Shown one piece after another: positions 10,244 through 19,869 of a stretch of 64,000 bases of DNA. Source of the DNA: Vulcanimicrobiota bacterium (GTDB lineage: Bacteria; Vulcanimicrobiota; Vulcanimicrobiia; Vulcanimicrobiales; Vulcanimicrobiaceae); contig CAVWGA010000001.1 of NCBI GenBank assembly GCA_963754415.1, positions 290,494 to 354,493 of the forward strand, given 5' to 3'. The translations under genes were made by a program, and so were the position numbers. Within the stretch, counting starts at the first letter, position 1, and each line of letters starts with the position of its first letter. The notes beneath the pieces were generated by a model, which ran no database searches, was not told where the DNA came from, and saw only the letters and a program-made list of their open reading frames with translations.

Positions 10244-11947
10244 ATGGCGATAGCCGCGCACGCCGGACATCTCGGCGGCGACATCCACGATCACATCCAC
10301 CCCGAGCCGCAAGGCTTCATCCGCAAGTACGTCTTTTCGTTGGACGCCAAGGTGATCGGCATCCAATACATGGTGACGGCGTTCTTGTTTTTCTTGATCT
10401 CGGGGCTGCTTGCGGAAGTCGTGCGCACGCAACTGCTTACGCCCAGCGGCGCCATCCTGTCCAACGATACCTACAACGGCGTCTATTCGCTGCACGGCTC
10501 GTCGATGGTGTGGATGGTCATCATTCCGCTCATGACCGGCGCCTTCGGGAACTTCGTGATGCCGCTTCAGATCGGAGCGCGCGACGTCGCTTTTCCGTGG
10601 TTGAACTTGCTCAGCTTTTGGCTGTTTCCGATCTCGGCGGTCATCCTCTTCTCATCGTTTTTGATCGGCGCGCCCGACGCCGGCTGGACGGAATATCCTC
10701 CGATCTCGGTTCAAGGGCCGGCCGGAACGTCGCTGTGGTGCATCGCGATCTTCACGATCGGCATCAGTTCGACGATGACAGGCCTCAACTTCATGGTCAC
10801 GATCGTCAAGATGCGGGCGCCGGGCATGACGTTCACGCGCATGCCGCTGTTCGTGTGGGCGTCGCTCGCCACCGCGCTGCTCAATATGGTCGCGACCGCC
10901 GCCTTGTCGGCGGCAACGGCTGCGCTGTTTCTCGAGCGCCAGTTCGGCATCCCGTTCTACGACCCGACGCGCGGCGGCAGCCCGCTGCTTTGGCAGCACA
11001 TGTTTTGGTTCTATTCGCACCCTGCCGTGTACATCATGATCCTGCCCGGTTTCGGCATCATCTCCGAAGTCTTCCCGACGTTTGCGCGTAAGCCGATCTT
11101 CGGCTATAAGATGATCGCCTTCTCGTCGATCGCGATCGCGCTGCTCGGATTTATGGTCTGGGCGCACCACATGTTCACGTCCGGTATGGCGCCGTGGCTG
11201 GCCCTGCCCTTCATGATCCTGACGATGGTCATCGCCGTGCCGACGGGTATCAAGGTCTTCTCGTGGCTGGCTACGTTATGGGGAGGCAAGATCCACTTTC
11301 ATCCAGCGATGCTCTTCGCGCTGGGATTCATCGCCACGTTTACGTTCGGCGGCATAACCGGCGTCTTCCTCAGTTCGGTTCCGTTTGACTACGACGCCCA
11401 CGGGACGTATTTCATCGTCGGACACATTCACTACGTGCTTTTCGGCGGTTCGGTCTTTTCACTGTATGCCGGATTGTATTACTGGTGGCCCAAGATAACC
11501 GGCCGCATGATGAGCGACAAGCTCGGCGTCATCCATTTCTGGCTGACCTTCGTCGCCTTCAACGCGACGTTCTTGCCGATGCATCTGCTCGGACTGTGGG
11601 GCATGCCGCGGCGTGTCGCTCAGTATCGTCCCGAATTCCAATTCTGGAACGATGTCGCGTCGATCTCCTCGTTCGTGTTGGCGGCCTCGACGTTGATCCT
11701 CATCTACAACATGGCGCAAAGTCTGCTGCGGGGTAAGCGCGCGCCGGCCAATCCCTGGAACGCCCGCACGCTGGAATGGATGATCAGCTCACCACCGCCG
11801 TATTACAACTTCCGGACGATTCCGGCCGTGCTTAAGAATCCGTATGAATTCGGTGAGCCCGTGCCCTACATCGGGCTCGATCCCGACGAGTCGATCGACC
11901 GGACGCATCCGCCCGCCGGCAGCTCACCGCTGCCAGCGCACGCGTAG
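10244..11947 (+). CDS. ctaD: Cytochrome c oxidase subunit I
   Basis: 567-aa uninterrupted ORF with heme-copper oxidase motifs (WMVIIPL, WFYSHPAVYIMILPGFG, WAHHMF, HFHYV-type region). Confidence 0.95.
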   Translation: MAIAAHAGHLGGDIHDHIHPEPQGFIRKYVFSLDAKVIGIQYMVTAFLFFLISGLLAEVVRTQLLTPSGAILSNDTYNGVYSLHGSSMVWMVIIPLMTGAFGNFVMPLQIGARDVAFPWLNLLSFWLFPISAVILFSSFLIGAPDAGWTEYPPISVQGPAGTSLWCIAIFTIGISSTMTGLNFMVTIVKMRAPGMTFTRMPLFVWASLATALLNMVATAALSAATAALFLERQFGIPFYDPTRGGSPLLWQHMFWFYSHPAVYIMILPGFGIISEVFPTFARKPIFGYKMIAFSSIAIALLGFMVWAHHMFTSGMAPWLALPFMILTMVIAVPTGIKVFSWLATLWGGKIHFHPAMLFALGFIATFTFGGITGVFLSSVPFDYDAHGTYFIVGHIHYVLFGGSVFSLYAGLYYWWPKITGRMMSDKLGVIHFWLTFVAFNATFLPMHLLGLWGMPRRVAQYRPEFQFWNDVASISSFVLAASTLILIYNMAQSLLRGKRAPANPWNARTLEWMISSPPPYYNFRTIPAVLKNPYEFGEPVPYIGLDPDESIDRTHPPAGSSPLPAHA

Positions 11948-11957
11948 GTAGAGACGC

Positions 11958-12593
11958 GTGGCCGTCGCCAGTTCGTTCAACGCCAGTCACGAAGCGATCG
12001 CCGTACGCTACAACAGCGTCGATCGCGCGTACGCCGAGCAGCGCGACATTCGCCTGCTTGGTTTCGTGCTGTTTCTCATCTCCGACGTCGTCATCTTTTC
12101 TGCGTTCATCTTCGCGTATCTGTACCTGCGCAACTCGGTGCCGAACTGGCCGCCGATCACCAAGGGCGGTCACCAGTTGCCGCGCTTCGACGTCGCGTAT
12201 GCGGCGATCAATTCGACCTTGCTGTTTGGCTCCGGTGCGACGATGCATTCGGCGATGGAAAGCTGGAAGCGCATGAATAAGCCGGCCTTCAACCTGTGGC
12301 TGATCGCGACGATCGTGCTGGGCATCGCGTTTTTGGGCGGCCAAGGCTACGAGTATCACAACGCGCAGGTCACCTGGGCCGGCTCGACGATGGGCGCGAG
12401 CTTCTTCACGCTGACGGGCCTGCACGGCTTCCACGTGTTCATCGGCATCATCTATCTGTGCGTGCTGTACATTCAGGCGAATCGAGGCGTCTACACGGGC
12501 TCGAAGTACTTCGGTTTGACGGCGGGCACGTTGTACTGGCACTTCGTCGACGTCATCTGGGTCGCACTGTTCTTTCTGTTCTATCTCTGGTAG
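11958..12593 (+). CDS. ctaE: Cytochrome c oxidase subunit III
   Basis: 211-aa polytopic protein (FLISDVVIFSAF, GLHGFHVFIG, YWHFVDVIWV) immediately after ctaD. Confidence 0.9.
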   Translation: MAVASSFNASHEAIAVRYNSVDRAYAEQRDIRLLGFVLFLISDVVIFSAFIFAYLYLRNSVPNWPPITKGGHQLPRFDVAYAAINSTLLFGSGATMHSAMESWKRMNKPAFNLWLIATIVLGIAFLGGQGYEYHNAQVTWAGSTMGASFFTLTGLHGFHVFIGIIYLCVLYIQANRGVYTGSKYFGLTAGTLYWHFVDVIWVALFFLFYLW

Positions 12594-12602
12594 GAGCGAA
12601 GC

Positions 12603-12815
12603 ATGGAAGGTGCCGTCGGCACAGCCGCCTCAATCGAAAAGGGAATCGCCTTCGTGCTCGCGATCGTCGTCGGGGGTACGACGTCGTTTCAGCTCGCGAA
12701 GGATTGGAAGTCGACCGGTCTCGATAACCAAGTCACGAAATTGCTGCTCGGTCTGATGGCGTTCGGCTGCATCCTCGTCATTCTGGCCGCCGTCGGCGTT
12801 CTGGGAGGTACCTGA
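12603..12815 (+). CDS. Small two-TM membrane protein after ctaE (subunit IV-like candidate)
   Basis: 70-aa ORF starting 9 nt after the ctaE stop, with two hydrophobic segments. Confidence 0.5.
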   Translation: MEGAVGTAASIEKGIAFVLAIVVGGTTSFQLAKDWKSTGLDNQVTKLLLGLMAFGCILVILAAVGVLGGT

Positions 12816-12818
12816 CTC

Positions 12819-12998
12819 GTGCACGATGTCTATGATGAGCGCGGCGTACCGATCTCTGCCGGCGTGCCGCCAATCGTCGTCGTCGCGGCGATCATCGGCT
12901 TCCTCGTGATCCTAACGATGTTGACCCTCGTTTTTGCCAACAGCGGTTTCGGTCACGCTTGGCCTGCCTCTACCTCGACCCAAATCAAACTTCCGTAA
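12819..12998 (+). CDS. Tiny single-TM ORF (59 aa, below the ORF-track cutoff)
   Basis: GTG 12819 lies 3 nt after the previous stop, with GGGAGG about 10 nt upstream. Translation VHDVYDERGVPISAGVPPIVVVAAIIGFLVILTMLTLVFANSG...; stop TAA 12996-12998. Confidence 0.4.
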   Translation: MHDVYDERGVPISAGVPPIVVVAAIIGFLVILTMLTLVFANSGFGHAWPASTSTQIKLP

Positions 12999-13229
12999 CG
13001 CCTGGCGTAGCGCACGGCCGCCCCTCCGTTGCCGGCCGGAACCGTGCCGCCGGCGTCAAACAAGTGTTGTGTAGATACTTCGCGCTATAGAGGGACTGCG
13101 CGACATGCCGGCTCGGGTAGAAGTTGCGAAGAACTCGGCGCCGGACTACGCTCGATTTCGGCGACGCGCAATTTCTTGAAGCTGCGCACCGACGTGGTCA
13201 CCTCGGCAGCAGAAGTCTAGGACGCGCCT

Positions 13230-13877
13230 TTACGCCCGGGGAGCACGCGCGATACCGACGCCGGCGGCGGCGATCGATTCTGGGACTGCGCCCGTGGAGC
13301 GGCCGTCGATGCGATGGATGCCGCCGTAAAAGCTAAATTCCATCAGCGCCGGGCGCAAGGTGTCGGGTAAGGGTACGACGCCGTGACTGGCCCACTCGGC
13401 GACCGTGCAACGCTGTTCGTCGAGAACGGCGACGTAGCCGTTCGAATTGGCCTGCGTGTGGTGGTCGGGTTTGCGATAGCGGACGTAGCCGTCGACGATG
13501 TAGATCGGCGAGAATGTCTGTACGAGGGCGCGCGCCGGCGCGACGAGCAAGCCGATCGTATAGGCCAAAAAAGCAAGCGCTGCCAAGCCGAAGATCGGAG
13601 CGATGACGATAGCCGATTCCCAGCGCGTCATCTTGGAGCCGCCGGGAAGGTGAAAGAAGATGAGGCTCGCAGTGAGGCCGCCGAACACGAGAAAACAGAT
13701 GAGTGGCTCAATGGCGAGCAGCAGGCGGCCAAATAATCCGTGGACCACGACGCTTCGCTCGGCGTGCGTCCAAGGCCGGCGGACGAGCGATCCAACGCCG
13801 GCTCGCACGGTTCTCGCCATGTCCACATTTTCTGTGCGCATGCTCGTCCTCCTCGGCGCATCGCTGCTGTCCGTCAT
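13230..13877 (-). CDS. Hypothetical membrane protein
   Basis: ORF with 2-3 hydrophobic segments followed by a soluble C-terminal domain. No family recognised. The start may be an internal Met (13841 or 13820). Confidence 0.5.
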   Translation of the reverse strand: MTDSSDAPRRTSMRTENVDMARTVRAGVGSLVRRPWTHAERSVVVHGLFGRLLLAIEPLICFLVFGGLTASLIFFHLPGGSKMTRWESAIVIAPIFGLAALAFLAYTIGLLVAPARALVQTFSPIYIVDGYVRYRKPDHHTQANSNGYVAVLDEQRCTVAEWASHGVVPLPDTLRPALMEFSFYGGIHRIDGRSTGAVPESIAAAGVGIARAPRA

Positions 13878-14877
13878 CCTTGCAGCCGCGCCAATCGCTG
13901 CCCACGAAACGGCGTTGCGCGGCTTGGTCCTCGCTGTTGTACCCGCTCGCGGAGAGGTTGTCGTCCGTTACGATGCGTCATCTGGGCGCGGTGACGGCAT
14001 TGCGACCTTCCGCGTCGTGCCTGCTTCGGATCTGCGTTCGTTGCGGCTCGGTTCGACGCTCCTCGCGACAGCGGATTTCGACGGTACGCCGCCGACATTG
14101 CAGGCACCGCGCGCTGTCGGCGCAACGGTCGCGCTCAGCGGTACCAATGCGTCAGCGGCTCTCGATCCGTCGAACGCGCTATCGGGCGTTTTACGGGAAG
14201 TGCACCATCTCAGCATCGGCGAGCTCGTGCCGTCGACGGCGTTCGTCGATCAACGTGGACGCCGCTTTTCGTTGCGGAGTTTGCGCGGCCAAACCGTCGT
14301 GATGGCGTTCATCTACACGCGTTGCCGCGATGCACGCGAATGCCCGCTCGTCTCTGCGAAGTTTTTGCGGCTGCAAGAGCGCTTCCGTGGTCTGCCGGTG
14401 CACTTCGTCGAAGTGACGCTCGATCCGGCCTACGATACGCCGGCCGTGTTGGCGCGCTACGCCCGCACCTTCGGTGCCAACCCCGCGCGTTGGTCGCTCC
14501 TGACCGGCGATCCGAACGCGGTGCTCGATTTCGCCGCGCAATTCGACGTCACGGCGTTCGCAGATCAGCGCATCGGACTGATTCACCCCGAGCGAACGGT
14601 CGTGATCGATCAGTATGGGACGATTCGCGAACTGATCGATGAATCGTCGTGGTCGCCGGACGAAGTGTACGCCACCGTCCAACACGACCGCCGTCTGGCC
14701 GCCAATCCTTTCGAACGGCTCAATCTGTGGCTGTCTTCTGCTGCCGTCGCGGTGTGCGGAAACTCTGTCGCCGGCTTCTCCGGCTTCGCCGACTTGTTGA
14801 CCGTCATACTGATCTTTGCGTTTTTCGCATTTCTCTTCTGGCGGGTGGGCCGAGCGATCGCGCGCAGCGCGACCTAA
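13819..14877 (+). CDS. SCO1/SenC-family copper chaperone with N-terminal extra domain and C-terminal TM tail
   Basis: Signal/TM start at MSTFSVRMLVLLG (ATG 13819). Thioredoxin-like core VVMAFIYTRCRDARECP...VTLDPAYDTP...IHPERTVVIDQYG. The cysteines are spaced CX5C, not the usual CX3C. Confidence 0.8.
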   Translation: MSTFSVRMLVLLGASLLSVILAAAPIAAHETALRGLVLAVVPARGEVVVRYDASSGRGDGIATFRVVPASDLRSLRLGSTLLATADFDGTPPTLQAPRAVGATVALSGTNASAALDPSNALSGVLREVHHLSIGELVPSTAFVDQRGRRFSLRSLRGQTVVMAFIYTRCRDARECPLVSAKFLRLQERFRGLPVHFVEVTLDPAYDTPAVLARYARTFGANPARWSLLTGDPNAVLDFAAQFDVTAFADQRIGLIHPERTVVIDQYGTIRELIDESSWSPDEVYATVQHDRRLAANPFERLNLWLSSAAVAVCGNSVAGFSGFADLLTVILIFAFFAFLFWRVGRAIARSAT

Positions 14878-15764
14878 TGCACCGGCTGATGTCGCCGCTG
14901 CTGGTCGTTAAGTCGACCGGAATGCCGCGCGTCGGCACCGGTCGGGAGCTTGGCCTCATTTGAGACGTCGCCCGAGTTCGTTGCGGTGTGAAGAACGCCG
15001 CGAAAACGGGCCGGCACTTTGAGATCGATGTCACCGCTGCTCGTGTGCATCGCGAGCGACGTACCCGACCAACCGTTGGCGAGGACGGCCGTCAGATCGC
15101 CGCTGGTCGACCGTGACGATAACGAACCGCCGACATCATTGACCCGAACGTCTCCGCTCGTTGTTTGCGTTTGTAGGGCTGCTGCGCGGCGCACGATCAC
15201 GTCGCCCGACGACGTTTTGATAGCGACCCCGGCCGCGGCTCGCTCGACCGTAACGTCTCCGCTCGAGGTCTGGATGTCGAGCGGAACGGTCTGGTCGGCC
15301 GCGCTCACGTCGGAGGACGTTCCCACGACGGCGACCGCCGCAACTTGCGGAACAGCGAGCACCAGATGTGCGTCGAAGAAGCGCAATCCAAAGCCGTTGC
15401 GCTGCGGGACCGTGAAAGCGATGATGCGCCGGCCATCGGACTGCTGCATCGTCACCCCGAGCCCGTCGACGACCGAACGGTCCGAAGCCCGCACGGTACC
15501 ATGGACGCGCAAGGTCGTACCTGAACCGCGGACGAGCGACACGTCAATGGAGCCGGCGCGGACTTCAAGGCGCGTGTCAGGTGAAAGTTCGAACGAACGA
15601 TCGATCTGGCGCGAGTAGCGGCCAAGCCCAAACCACGCAGCGGGCAAGCGATCGTTGTGGGACCATGCACCGGTCGACGGCGTGGACCAACCGACTTTCG
15701 AAGCGGACGCAAGACCTGCCACGACGAGCGACACGAAAACGATCAGGGCGATCTCGCGCTTCAT
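14874..15764 (-). CDS. DUF4097-like beta-repeat protein (putative adhesin fold)
   Basis: Signal/TM start MKREIALIVFVSLVVAGLASA (ATG 15762-15764). Repeated T(S/T)SGD(V/I/L) strands: TSSGDVTV, TSSGDVIV, TTSGDVRV, STSGDLTA, TSSGDIDL, NSGDVS. Confidence 0.7.
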   Translation of the reverse strand: MKREIALIVFVSLVVAGLASASKVGWSTPSTGAWSHNDRLPAAWFGLGRYSRQIDRSFELSPDTRLEVRAGSIDVSLVRGSGTTLRVHGTVRASDRSVVDGLGVTMQQSDGRRIIAFTVPQRNGFGLRFFDAHLVLAVPQVAAVAVVGTSSDVSAADQTVPLDIQTSSGDVTVERAAAGVAIKTSSGDVIVRRAAALQTQTTSGDVRVNDVGGSLSSRSTSGDLTAVLANGWSGTSLAMHTSSGDIDLKVPARFRGVLHTATNSGDVSNEAKLPTGADARHSGRLNDQQRRHQPVH

Positions 15765-15772
15765 GATACGTC

Positions 15773-17222
15773 CTACGCTTGAAGGGCTTCGATGTTTCCC
15801 AGCCTTTTGCGTTCCTTCGTGCGGGACGCCAATAAGAACGTTGCCAAGACCGCTACGCCGGCGAGCCCGGCGAAAATCGCGTACGCAAACCGATAGCCGC
15901 CGACGTCGTCGATGCGGCCGCCGACGGCGCCCCCGGCGAGCGAGCCGCCGATAATCTGACCAACGATCAGAAAGACGCTGAGCAAGCCGACGGCGGTGCC
16001 TCGCAGTGCCGCGCCGGCCTCGTTTGTGATGATGTAGCGCGTCGGGGCGCCCAGGAGCGCTCCAAAACCGATCCCGGCCAGCGCAATACCCGTCACCGCG
16101 AGCCACAAGATTTGCAGGCCGCCCGCGAACACGCCCAGGCCCACCGCGGTGAGAGCGGCACCGGCAGCGAGCACCGCCCGGCTGCCGACGTGATCGAGTG
16201 CCCTGCCGGCGAGCGGAATGACGGCCACGAACATGATCGCTCCGATCGCCGAAAGCGCTCCGGCGGCCGCCGCCGTCAATCCGTCAGCTGCTACGAGCGC
16301 AGCGGGAATGAAGAACAGCGCCCCCTCGAGGAGTCCGACGAGCACTTCGAGTCCGTACGTGACGATCAATTGACGCGTCGCGAACAATTGCGGCGCGATG
16401 ATCGGGCGCCGCCGCACGCCGTTCGATCGGCACGAGCAGCCCGAAGGCGACGACTGCGGCCACTAGGCCGCCGGCAGTCAGGCCGTTGCCCGCGGCCGCC
16501 GACCTCGCCTCGGGACGCGTTAAGGCCACCATGACGCCGAGCAGTCCCCCGGCCAGCGCAACGATCCCGGCGACATCGAGCGGTCCGCGCGCGCGCGCAG
16601 GCGGCGCGGGAACGTAACGCTGTGCGAGTGCGATCACGACGGCTGCCAGCGGAATGTTCGCACCAAAGATCCAGTGCCACGAGAAAAAGTGCGTGACGAC
16701 ACCGCCGAGATTGGGGCCGATGATCGCGGCGAGTCCCCAGACCGCTCCGAGCATCCCGAGTGCACCACCCCGTCGCTCGGCCGGTACCTTGTCGGCAATT
16801 GCCGCCGTCGCAACGGGAAAGATGCCGCCGGCTCCCGCCGCTTGCATGACGCGCGCGAATAGAAACACGCCGAAGTTCGGCGCTGTAATCGCGACGACGC
16901 TGCCGGCTGCAAACAATGCGACGCAGCCCGTATAGATCGGCCGCCGCCCCAGCGCGTCGGAAAGTTTGGAGGCGATCGGAATGCTGACGACGTTCGCGAA
17001 CAGGTAGAGCGTGAAGGTCCACGCGACGGCGCTGGCGCTGACGCCGAAGGTGTGAGCGATGGCCGGCAGTGCGGGCGACAGAACGCCGAGATCGAGTGCG
17101 CCGGCAAAGACGCCTAGCGCTAGCGTTACGATCAAAGCCACGTGCGAACGATCGAAACGGTGCCCGGCGATTTCGCTCGTTGCGTTCGCCGCAGCGGGTG
17201 CGGCGGTAGCCCTCGAACTCAC
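15773..17222 (-). pseudogene. MFS transporter (drug:H+ antiporter-like), one frameshift near 16400
   Basis: The N-terminal half (ORF 16284-17222) has [11 protein letters not shown] and the usual MFS TM pattern. It continues in another frame (ORF 15773-16417) from ...PIIAPQLFATRQL. Confidence 0.8.
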
Positions 17223-17264
17223 CGAAGATCTATGATCGGCCGCACCGGACGCACGTTGCGCCCA

Positions 17265-18182
17265 TCATCCGATCACGCGATCGGCGACCATCGCGGCGCA
17301 CATCAGGGCAAGGTACAGCAGTGAATATTTAAAGAGCACCCGCGCCAGCGGTTTAGTGGGGCCGACGAGCATCTTCCAGGCATCCCACACGAACACCGCA
17401 CCCAAGATGACAGCGGGCACGAGGTACCACAGCCCCATCACACCGAGCGGCGTCAGCGCGATCGAAAACGCGACGAGCACGAGCGTGTACACGAAGATCT
17501 CGATCTTCGTGCGTTCGGCGCCGCGCACGTTGGGCAGCATCGGGACACGCGCCTTGTGATAATCGGTATCGGCCATCAGTGCGAGCGCCCAGAAGTGCGG
17601 CGGCGTCCAGAGGAAGATCAACGCGAACAAGCCGAGCGCCGGCGCCCCGACCGTATGCGTGACGGCAGCCCAGCCGACGAGGGGCGGGACTGCGCCGGCC
17701 GCACCGCCGATGACGATATTCAGCGTCGTCGTACGTTTGAGCCATAAGGTATAGACGAGGACGTAATACGCATTACCGGCGAGCGACAACCACGCGGCTA
17801 GCGGATTGGTGAGGGAGTACAGTAAACCAAAAGAAAGCATCGCGAGAATAGCTGCGAAGATCGTTGCTGCCCGCGGCGAGATGCGCCCCGTCGGTAGAGG
17901 CCGAGCCGACGTGCGCACCATCAGCGCGTCGATGTCGCGGTCGATCACGCAGTTGAATGCGCCGGCCGAGCCGGCCGCTAACGCTCCTCCAAAAAGTGTC
18001 GCCAACGTCAGCCCCAACGGTGGAATGCCATGCGCCGCCATCAGCATCGCGGCAAACGTCGTTATCAGCAGCAGATACGTGATGCGCGGTTTCGTCAGCG
18101 TAAAGTAATCGCCGACGGCGCCGCGCCACCCGGTGGAGTGCCGGGCGACGATGCCGTCCAGACGTTCCAGCGTCGCGTTCAC
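17265..18182 (-). CDS. ctaB: Protoheme IX farnesyltransferase (heme O synthase)
   Basis: UbiA-family motifs NCVIDRDIDALMVRTSARPL and YTLWLKR...PPHFWALAL. The GTG start 18180-18182 overlaps the ctaA stop (GTGA). Confidence 0.9.
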   Translation of the reverse strand: MNATLERLDGIVARHSTGWRGAVGDYFTLTKPRITYLLLITTFAAMLMAAHGIPPLGLTLATLFGGALAAGSAGAFNCVIDRDIDALMVRTSARPLPTGRISPRAATIFAAILAMLSFGLLYSLTNPLAAWLSLAGNAYYVLVYTLWLKRTTTLNIVIGGAAGAVPPLVGWAAVTHTVGAPALGLFALIFLWTPPHFWALALMADTDYHKARVPMLPNVRGAERTKIEIFVYTLVLVAFSIALTPLGVMGLWYLVPAVILGAVFVWDAWKMLVGPTKPLARVLFKYSLLYLALMCAAMVADRVIG

Positions 18183-19120
18183 GCGTTCGACACGAATCGA
18201 GCAGCAAGAACCGGTTCGCGTCGCGGCACGGAGGCGTCCACCTGCCCCAGATGCGCGAGGAGCGCCGCAACGACGAACGTGAGGAATGTCGCGACCGCGT
18301 TGGCCGCATGCGCTTCCCGTAAGCCGGTGGGCAGCGACAAGCCAACATTTGCTAGTCCAAGGGCAATCTGCGTAACGATCAGCGTCAGCCCCATCCCGGC
18401 AAACAGGCGCACGCGCGAAGAACCGCTGCCGAAGGCGACTGTGACGGCAACCAGTGCGACGAACGCGAACGACCCTGCCAAAAGCCGGTGCAGCATCTGC
18501 ACGTTTTGCGCCGTCGTCGTACCCCACCACGTCGCGCCGCAGCCCGGTACGCCAGGACATGCGAGGCCCGCATAACTCGAACTGACGTATGCGCCGGCGC
18601 ACATGGTGACGAAGGCAAAGAGCGCCGCTATCGCTAGCGCGACGGCTGCCGTTCGCGGCGGGCGCGCCGGCCTGCCTGCTTCACATCCGTCGACCGGCGC
18701 CGCGACCGATAGCACGGCGAGCGATGTCAACGTCGCCAGCAGCGCCATGCCCATCGCCCAGTGCACCATCACCGATACCGGGCTATTCGCCAGCCTCACG
18801 GTCGCCGCGCCCAATAAGACCTGGGCGACGAAGATGGCGCCCAGTGCGTAAAATGCCGGCGTGACGCCGGCCACCTGCTTACGGACGCGCAGTCCCGTTA
18901 CGATCGTGCCGACGATGACCAAGCCTTCGAGTAGCGCGATCAGCCGATGCGACCATTCGAGCACGACGCCGCCCGCTAATGCAGGAACGAGATGTCCATG
19001 ACAGAGTGGCCAATCCGGACACGTCATTCCGGCGTCGTTGATGCGGACCCAACTTCCCAGTACGGCAATCGCGAACGCCAAAACCGCGCTACTAATTGCG
19101 AATCCACGGAACAGCTTCAC
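18179..19120 (-). CDS. ctaA: Heme A synthase (COX15/CtaA)
   Basis: 313-aa polytopic protein with GSWVRINDAGMTCPDWPLCHG and conserved His residues (EWSHR, MLHR). Confidence 0.85.
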   Translation of the reverse strand: MKLFRGFAISSAVLAFAIAVLGSWVRINDAGMTCPDWPLCHGHLVPALAGGVVLEWSHRLIALLEGLVIVGTIVTGLRVRKQVAGVTPAFYALGAIFVAQVLLGAATVRLANSPVSVMVHWAMGMALLATLTSLAVLSVAAPVDGCEAGRPARPPRTAAVALAIAALFAFVTMCAGAYVSSSYAGLACPGVPGCGATWWGTTTAQNVQMLHRLLAGSFAFVALVAVTVAFGSGSSRVRLFAGMGLTLIVTQIALGLANVGLSLPTGLREAHAANAVATFLTFVVAALLAHLGQVDASVPRREPVLAARFVSNA

Positions 19121-19172
19121 GTCACCTTCAGTCTAGGAGCGCTGGGTTGCCGGCGGCAACGACTTTGGAGAA

Positions 19173-19331
19173 CCTTACCCGTCGAGCAGCCTGCAGTGCA
19201 GGCTGCTCGACGTTCCATCCGAGTGCGCACGAACGGCCCTTACCTTGTCAGCCCTAGACTCGCGCCTGTGCACAGGCTGCTCGACCTTCCATCGGAGTGC
19301 GCGTTAGCTTGGCGGCCCTTTCCTCGTCAGC
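19173..19331. repeat. About 2.3 copies of a 74-79 bp direct repeat in the ctaA / lipoprotein divergent intergenic region
   Basis: 19199-19229 caggctgctcgacgttccatccgagtgcgca versus 19273-19303 caggctgctcgaccttccatcggagtgcgcg (28/31 identical). 19235-19252 ggcccttaccttgtcagc versus 19314-19331 ggccctttcctcgtcagc. A partial third copy ccttacccgtcgagc sits at 19173. Confidence 0.6.
19181..19211. promoter_or_regulatory. 31-nt near-perfect palindrome inside the first repeat copy
   Basis: gtcgagcagcctgca g tgcaggctgctcgac: 15-bp arms are exact reverse complements. The second copy retains only cctgtgcacagg. Confidence 0.5.
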
Positions 19332-19382
19332 TCACGGCGTTGCGAGGCGATGGGGCACGCTGAGCGAAAGCGAAGGAACGCA

Positions 19383-19817
19383 ATGAGGGCGCTGGCGGGT
19401 TTGGGCGTATTGCTCCTGCTGCTCACCGGTTGTCGTGAAGTTCGCGTAAGAACGTACGCGCAAGGTACGGCTCCCGGTGCGGGCGGCGATCGAATCGCCG
19501 TCGTACGCAACCGTCGCGAACTCGAAGCCTTTGGGATTCGTGCGCCGGTGCGCTTCAATCACGAATTCGGCGTGCTCCTATTGCTTGGCCCGCACGACGA
19601 GACCGGCTGGCGCCAAGCGATCGAGTCGATCCGAGCGAACGCGCAGCGGGTCCGGATCGTCGCCTTCGAGCGCGCGCCGGCGGACGGCGGGGAACCGGTC
19701 GAACCGTATCGGACCTATACGCTTTGGATCGTTCCGAATTCGGTATATCGCATCGGATCGCTGGTGGACGTCGTTACTCCCGAGGGCGACCCGCTCGCCT
19801 CCACGATCCTCAAATAA
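19383..19817 (+). CDS. Hypothetical lipoprotein
   Basis: MRALAGLGVLLLLLTGC gives a lipobox-like signal (LLTGC). No family recognised. Confidence 0.55.
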   Translation: MRALAGLGVLLLLLTGCREVRVRTYAQGTAPGAGGDRIAVVRNRRELEAFGIRAPVRFNHEFGVLLLLGPHDETGWRQAIESIRANAQRVRIVAFERAPADGGEPVEPYRTYTLWIVPNSVYRIGSLVDVVTPEGDPLASTILK

Positions 19818-19869
19818 CGCCGATAACCGCCAAGAACACCGGCTTAGAACCGCAAGGCAGGAATCTTTT

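Noticed and set aside
12999-13229. Small ORFs on both strands in the 230-bp gap after the oxidase operon (for example 13029-13220 plus, and a 47-codon minus-strand ORF)
   Set aside because: No recognisable motif, no convincing ribosome-binding site, and composition indistinguishable from non-coding GC-rich sequence.
19173-19331. CRISPR-like array
   Set aside because: There are only about 2.3 imperfect copies with no unique spacers of regular length. No cas genes occur anywhere in the window.
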